From positions 1 to 16,350 of the forward strand of contig JALTLO010000102.1 of the NCBI GenBank assembly GCA_027001995.1: a stretch of DNA of 16,350 bases. Direction: 5' to 3'. The notes beneath the pieces were generated by a model. That model saw only the letters and a list, made by a program, of their open reading frames with translations. It had not been told where the DNA came from and made no database searches. The DNA comes from Planctomycetota bacterium. GTDB taxonomy: Bacteria > Planctomycetota > GCA-002687715 > DRQF01. This document shows, piece by piece, positions 15,501 to 16,350 of the stretch. How positions within the stretch are numbered: position 1 is the stretch's first letter; each line of letters starts with the position of its first letter. A program made the position numbers and the translations under genes.

Positions 15501-16132
15501 AGTGTTTCTTCTATCCTAGTTGCTCCGAAACCATTAGTGATGAGGTGAGCACTCTCTGGATTCACTTCCCCGTCTAAGTCTTCAGTCAGCCATTGGGATA
15601 GGACGTCTCCCATGGCATGGGCCACTAAGGTGCCGTCGGCGTCGACCTCGAATGCTGGGTGAAGGCCTGCTGCCAAGGCATTGTCAGCCAATGTCCGGCG
15701 GCAAAAGGCGTGGATGGTTTCGATATGAACTCGGTCTAATTGGGACAAGATGGACTTGGCCCGGGATGCGGCTAAGGTGGGGGATGGCAAGTCTTGGGGA
15801 TCAATGCCGACGACAGCCTCACCAGCGATAATACTGAGGGTCGCTTGGGCGAGCCTTTGGCTCATTTCGACTGAGGCTTTCTCGGTGAACGTAATGGCGA
15901 CGATGCCATCCAAAACCGAAGCGGCAATGCGCTCTTGTCCAAAGTCGGCATGAAGGTCGCTCTTTGCCAGCCAACCTGGACCCAAGGCCCAACAAAGGAC
16001 ACGGGCTACCAAAGTGGCAGTTTTCCCTGTGCCCGCTCCCGCTTCCAACACCAGAGGCTGGGAGAAGTTCGTCTTGGCAAGCTGTCGTGCTTCTTGGTCT
16101 TCTTGGCGCAGGACTCCGTCGCTCTGGATCAT
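12518..16132 (-). CDS. addA: AddA/RecB-family ATP-dependent helicase-nuclease
   Basis: UvrD motifs AGAGTGKT, ITFTEKA, TIHAFC, LVDEVQD, VGDPKQTIYGFRGA, NFRS, MSVHKSKGLDF, LYVAVTRA; C-terminal PD-(D/E)xK nuclease GTAIH...GSLDLL...VVDFKT. ATG 16132 overlaps the upstream stop (ATGA). Confidence 0.93.
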   Translation of the reverse strand: MIQSDGVLRQEDQEARQLAKTNFSQPLVLEAGAGTGKTATLVARVLCWALGPGWLAKSDLHADFGQERIAASVLDGIVAITFTEKASVEMSQRLAQATLSIIAGEAVVGIDPQDLPSPTLAASRAKSILSQLDRVHIETIHAFCRRTLADNALAAGLHPAFEVDADGTLVAHAMGDVLSQWLTEDLDGEVNPESAHLITNGFGATRIEETLSLVINANLPTSFLESDPYPDDVCAATAKDLADLLRTFVEFCHPALTTSTKKHLNKAKDCVLSLGEIANKIANSKSADELLASMADLDLDGTHKKITEWAKKGPNKTESGALEENSLNPENLQDLSKNLLPALKSVSSWDPEILRPAFRILFRLTTQVRTRLRQQGVLTFNNLLLECRNLLRDHEDVLRKMQEGIDQLLVDEVQDTDPLQYDIVRSLAFEGDNGPNLFVVGDPKQTIYGFRGADLGAYGAFIREIESHGGQRRSLSINFRSDPPILDEVERIVGPVMQFEEGLQPEFEKLLCPAAKSDNCYQDAHGRRPIEFWNSWARFPRRPEEDHKLAAKTSADRARHIEAAAIAQEIHQLHHQDGKDFSSFAILMRATTQQEVYLSALRDLGIPYLVEKDKQFYKRREVIDATNALTAILDPFDQVAMLGFLRSNFVGVPDGMLLPLWQRFLPQKLSAIHGQNDKLTDEILALIDEVDRLPQGNIPGIERLPNWALLLKKSIHDIGLLRASFQVDSVDLFFTKLKRQLLIEAQESARFLGTHRLANIQRFFDLAQDLLARPDLGRGEALRLIRSDMVAAIDMEEASPGDETSDAVRVMSVHKSKGLDFDHVYFVALHQGHRGGSPGDRVLHRPGTWGVRFFGAETPEFNHLTQHDEAVSRAETIRALYVAVTRASHRLVLCGLWPEDSKEVQELDKCSNIVDLLRHRRGVYQGWLALSANEDLDNPVKDCSQGTHVSWILPDHQRLAAHEVRVATGEKKPKYRADLEELEKRQKAAASFVSLESPINASALPHTHVGQATAKLTETSALLWPAPLPEGVSQVANNLGTAIHWILETIPLDEGTQEHLASSLQALPHFFSRQEFATHQEAIGEAFSARLKILEEGPLLSKLQSLSSSILGREIPLLVRQGEVDVVGSLDLLYRDPATGQLVVVDFKTDQLNNVEELTARAKKYGAQGSAYCDAVAGTFPDEEMPPRFELWFLTHNAVVSLSY

Positions 16133-16350
16133 GATTGATTCTCCAATTGTTTCGTTACGTAGCCCGAGAGATTCCAAAGATCGGCGAGCAAGGAGGGTGT
16201 TTCTTCTTCTTCCGTATGGGCCAATTGGCTGAGTCTCCGTTTGGCACCACTGTCATTCTGGAGGCATGCGGAACGGACCGAGCAGTAGTCGCAGTTCTTA
16301 TTCGTTGTGCCATCACTTTCTTCCAAGCGGGGGGGGAATGTGCCCTGGTG
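16129..16350 (-). CDS. addB: 3' end of AddB-family nuclease subunit (partial, continues beyond window)
   Basis: Frame open from the window edge: HQGTFPPRLEES...CDYCSVRSAC; C-x2-C-x5-C matches the C-terminal Fe-S ligands of AddB; coupled to addA by an ATGA overlap. Confidence 0.85.
   Translation of the reverse strand, partial: HQGTFPPRLEESDGTTNKNCDYCSVRSACLQNDSGAKRRLSQLAHTEEEETPSLLADLWNLSGYVTKQLENQS

Noticed and set aside
322..16232. Many short alternative-frame and antisense ORFs in the track (e.g. 940..1365 -, 1646..2104 -, 7491..7937 -, 14802..15377 +)
   Set aside because: They overlap well-supported genes and read as shadow translations with no recognisable motifs.
16129..16350. C-x2-C-x5-C nuclease tail as Cas4 or part of a defence system
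   Set aside because: It is coupled to an AddA-type helicase-nuclease in the standard addB-addA order, and I saw no CRISPR repeats or cas genes.

Overview
Mid-GC bacterial chromosome segment, probably from an uncultured Planctomycetota lineage (inferred from protein families recalled from memory, no search run). On the + strand: a 3-TM membrane protein, a Hanks-type Ser/Thr kinase with a non-RD (HFD) catalytic loop, an ECF sigma factor, a small protein with two tandem zinc anti-sigma (ZAS)-like modules, a terminator, and a PspA/IM30-like coiled-coil protein with an extra N-terminal hydrophobic leader. Then a multi-TM protein with a PH-like C-terminus, speA, a GlcG/HbpS-family gene, a Cys-rich secreted-type protein whose leader is frameshifted, and a beta-helix protein with a choice-of-anchor-Q-like segment. 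Convergent on the - strand are addA and the 3' end of addB. Main find: an identical bipartite motif GAGAATAT-N14-GAAT lies upstream of both the kinase/ECF operon (297-322) and the PspA-like gene (4180-4205). This suggests an autoregulated ECF-kinase-dual-ZAS circuit driving a possibly exported or membrane-anchored ESCRT-III-like protein. The first ~210 bp look compositionally chimeric.
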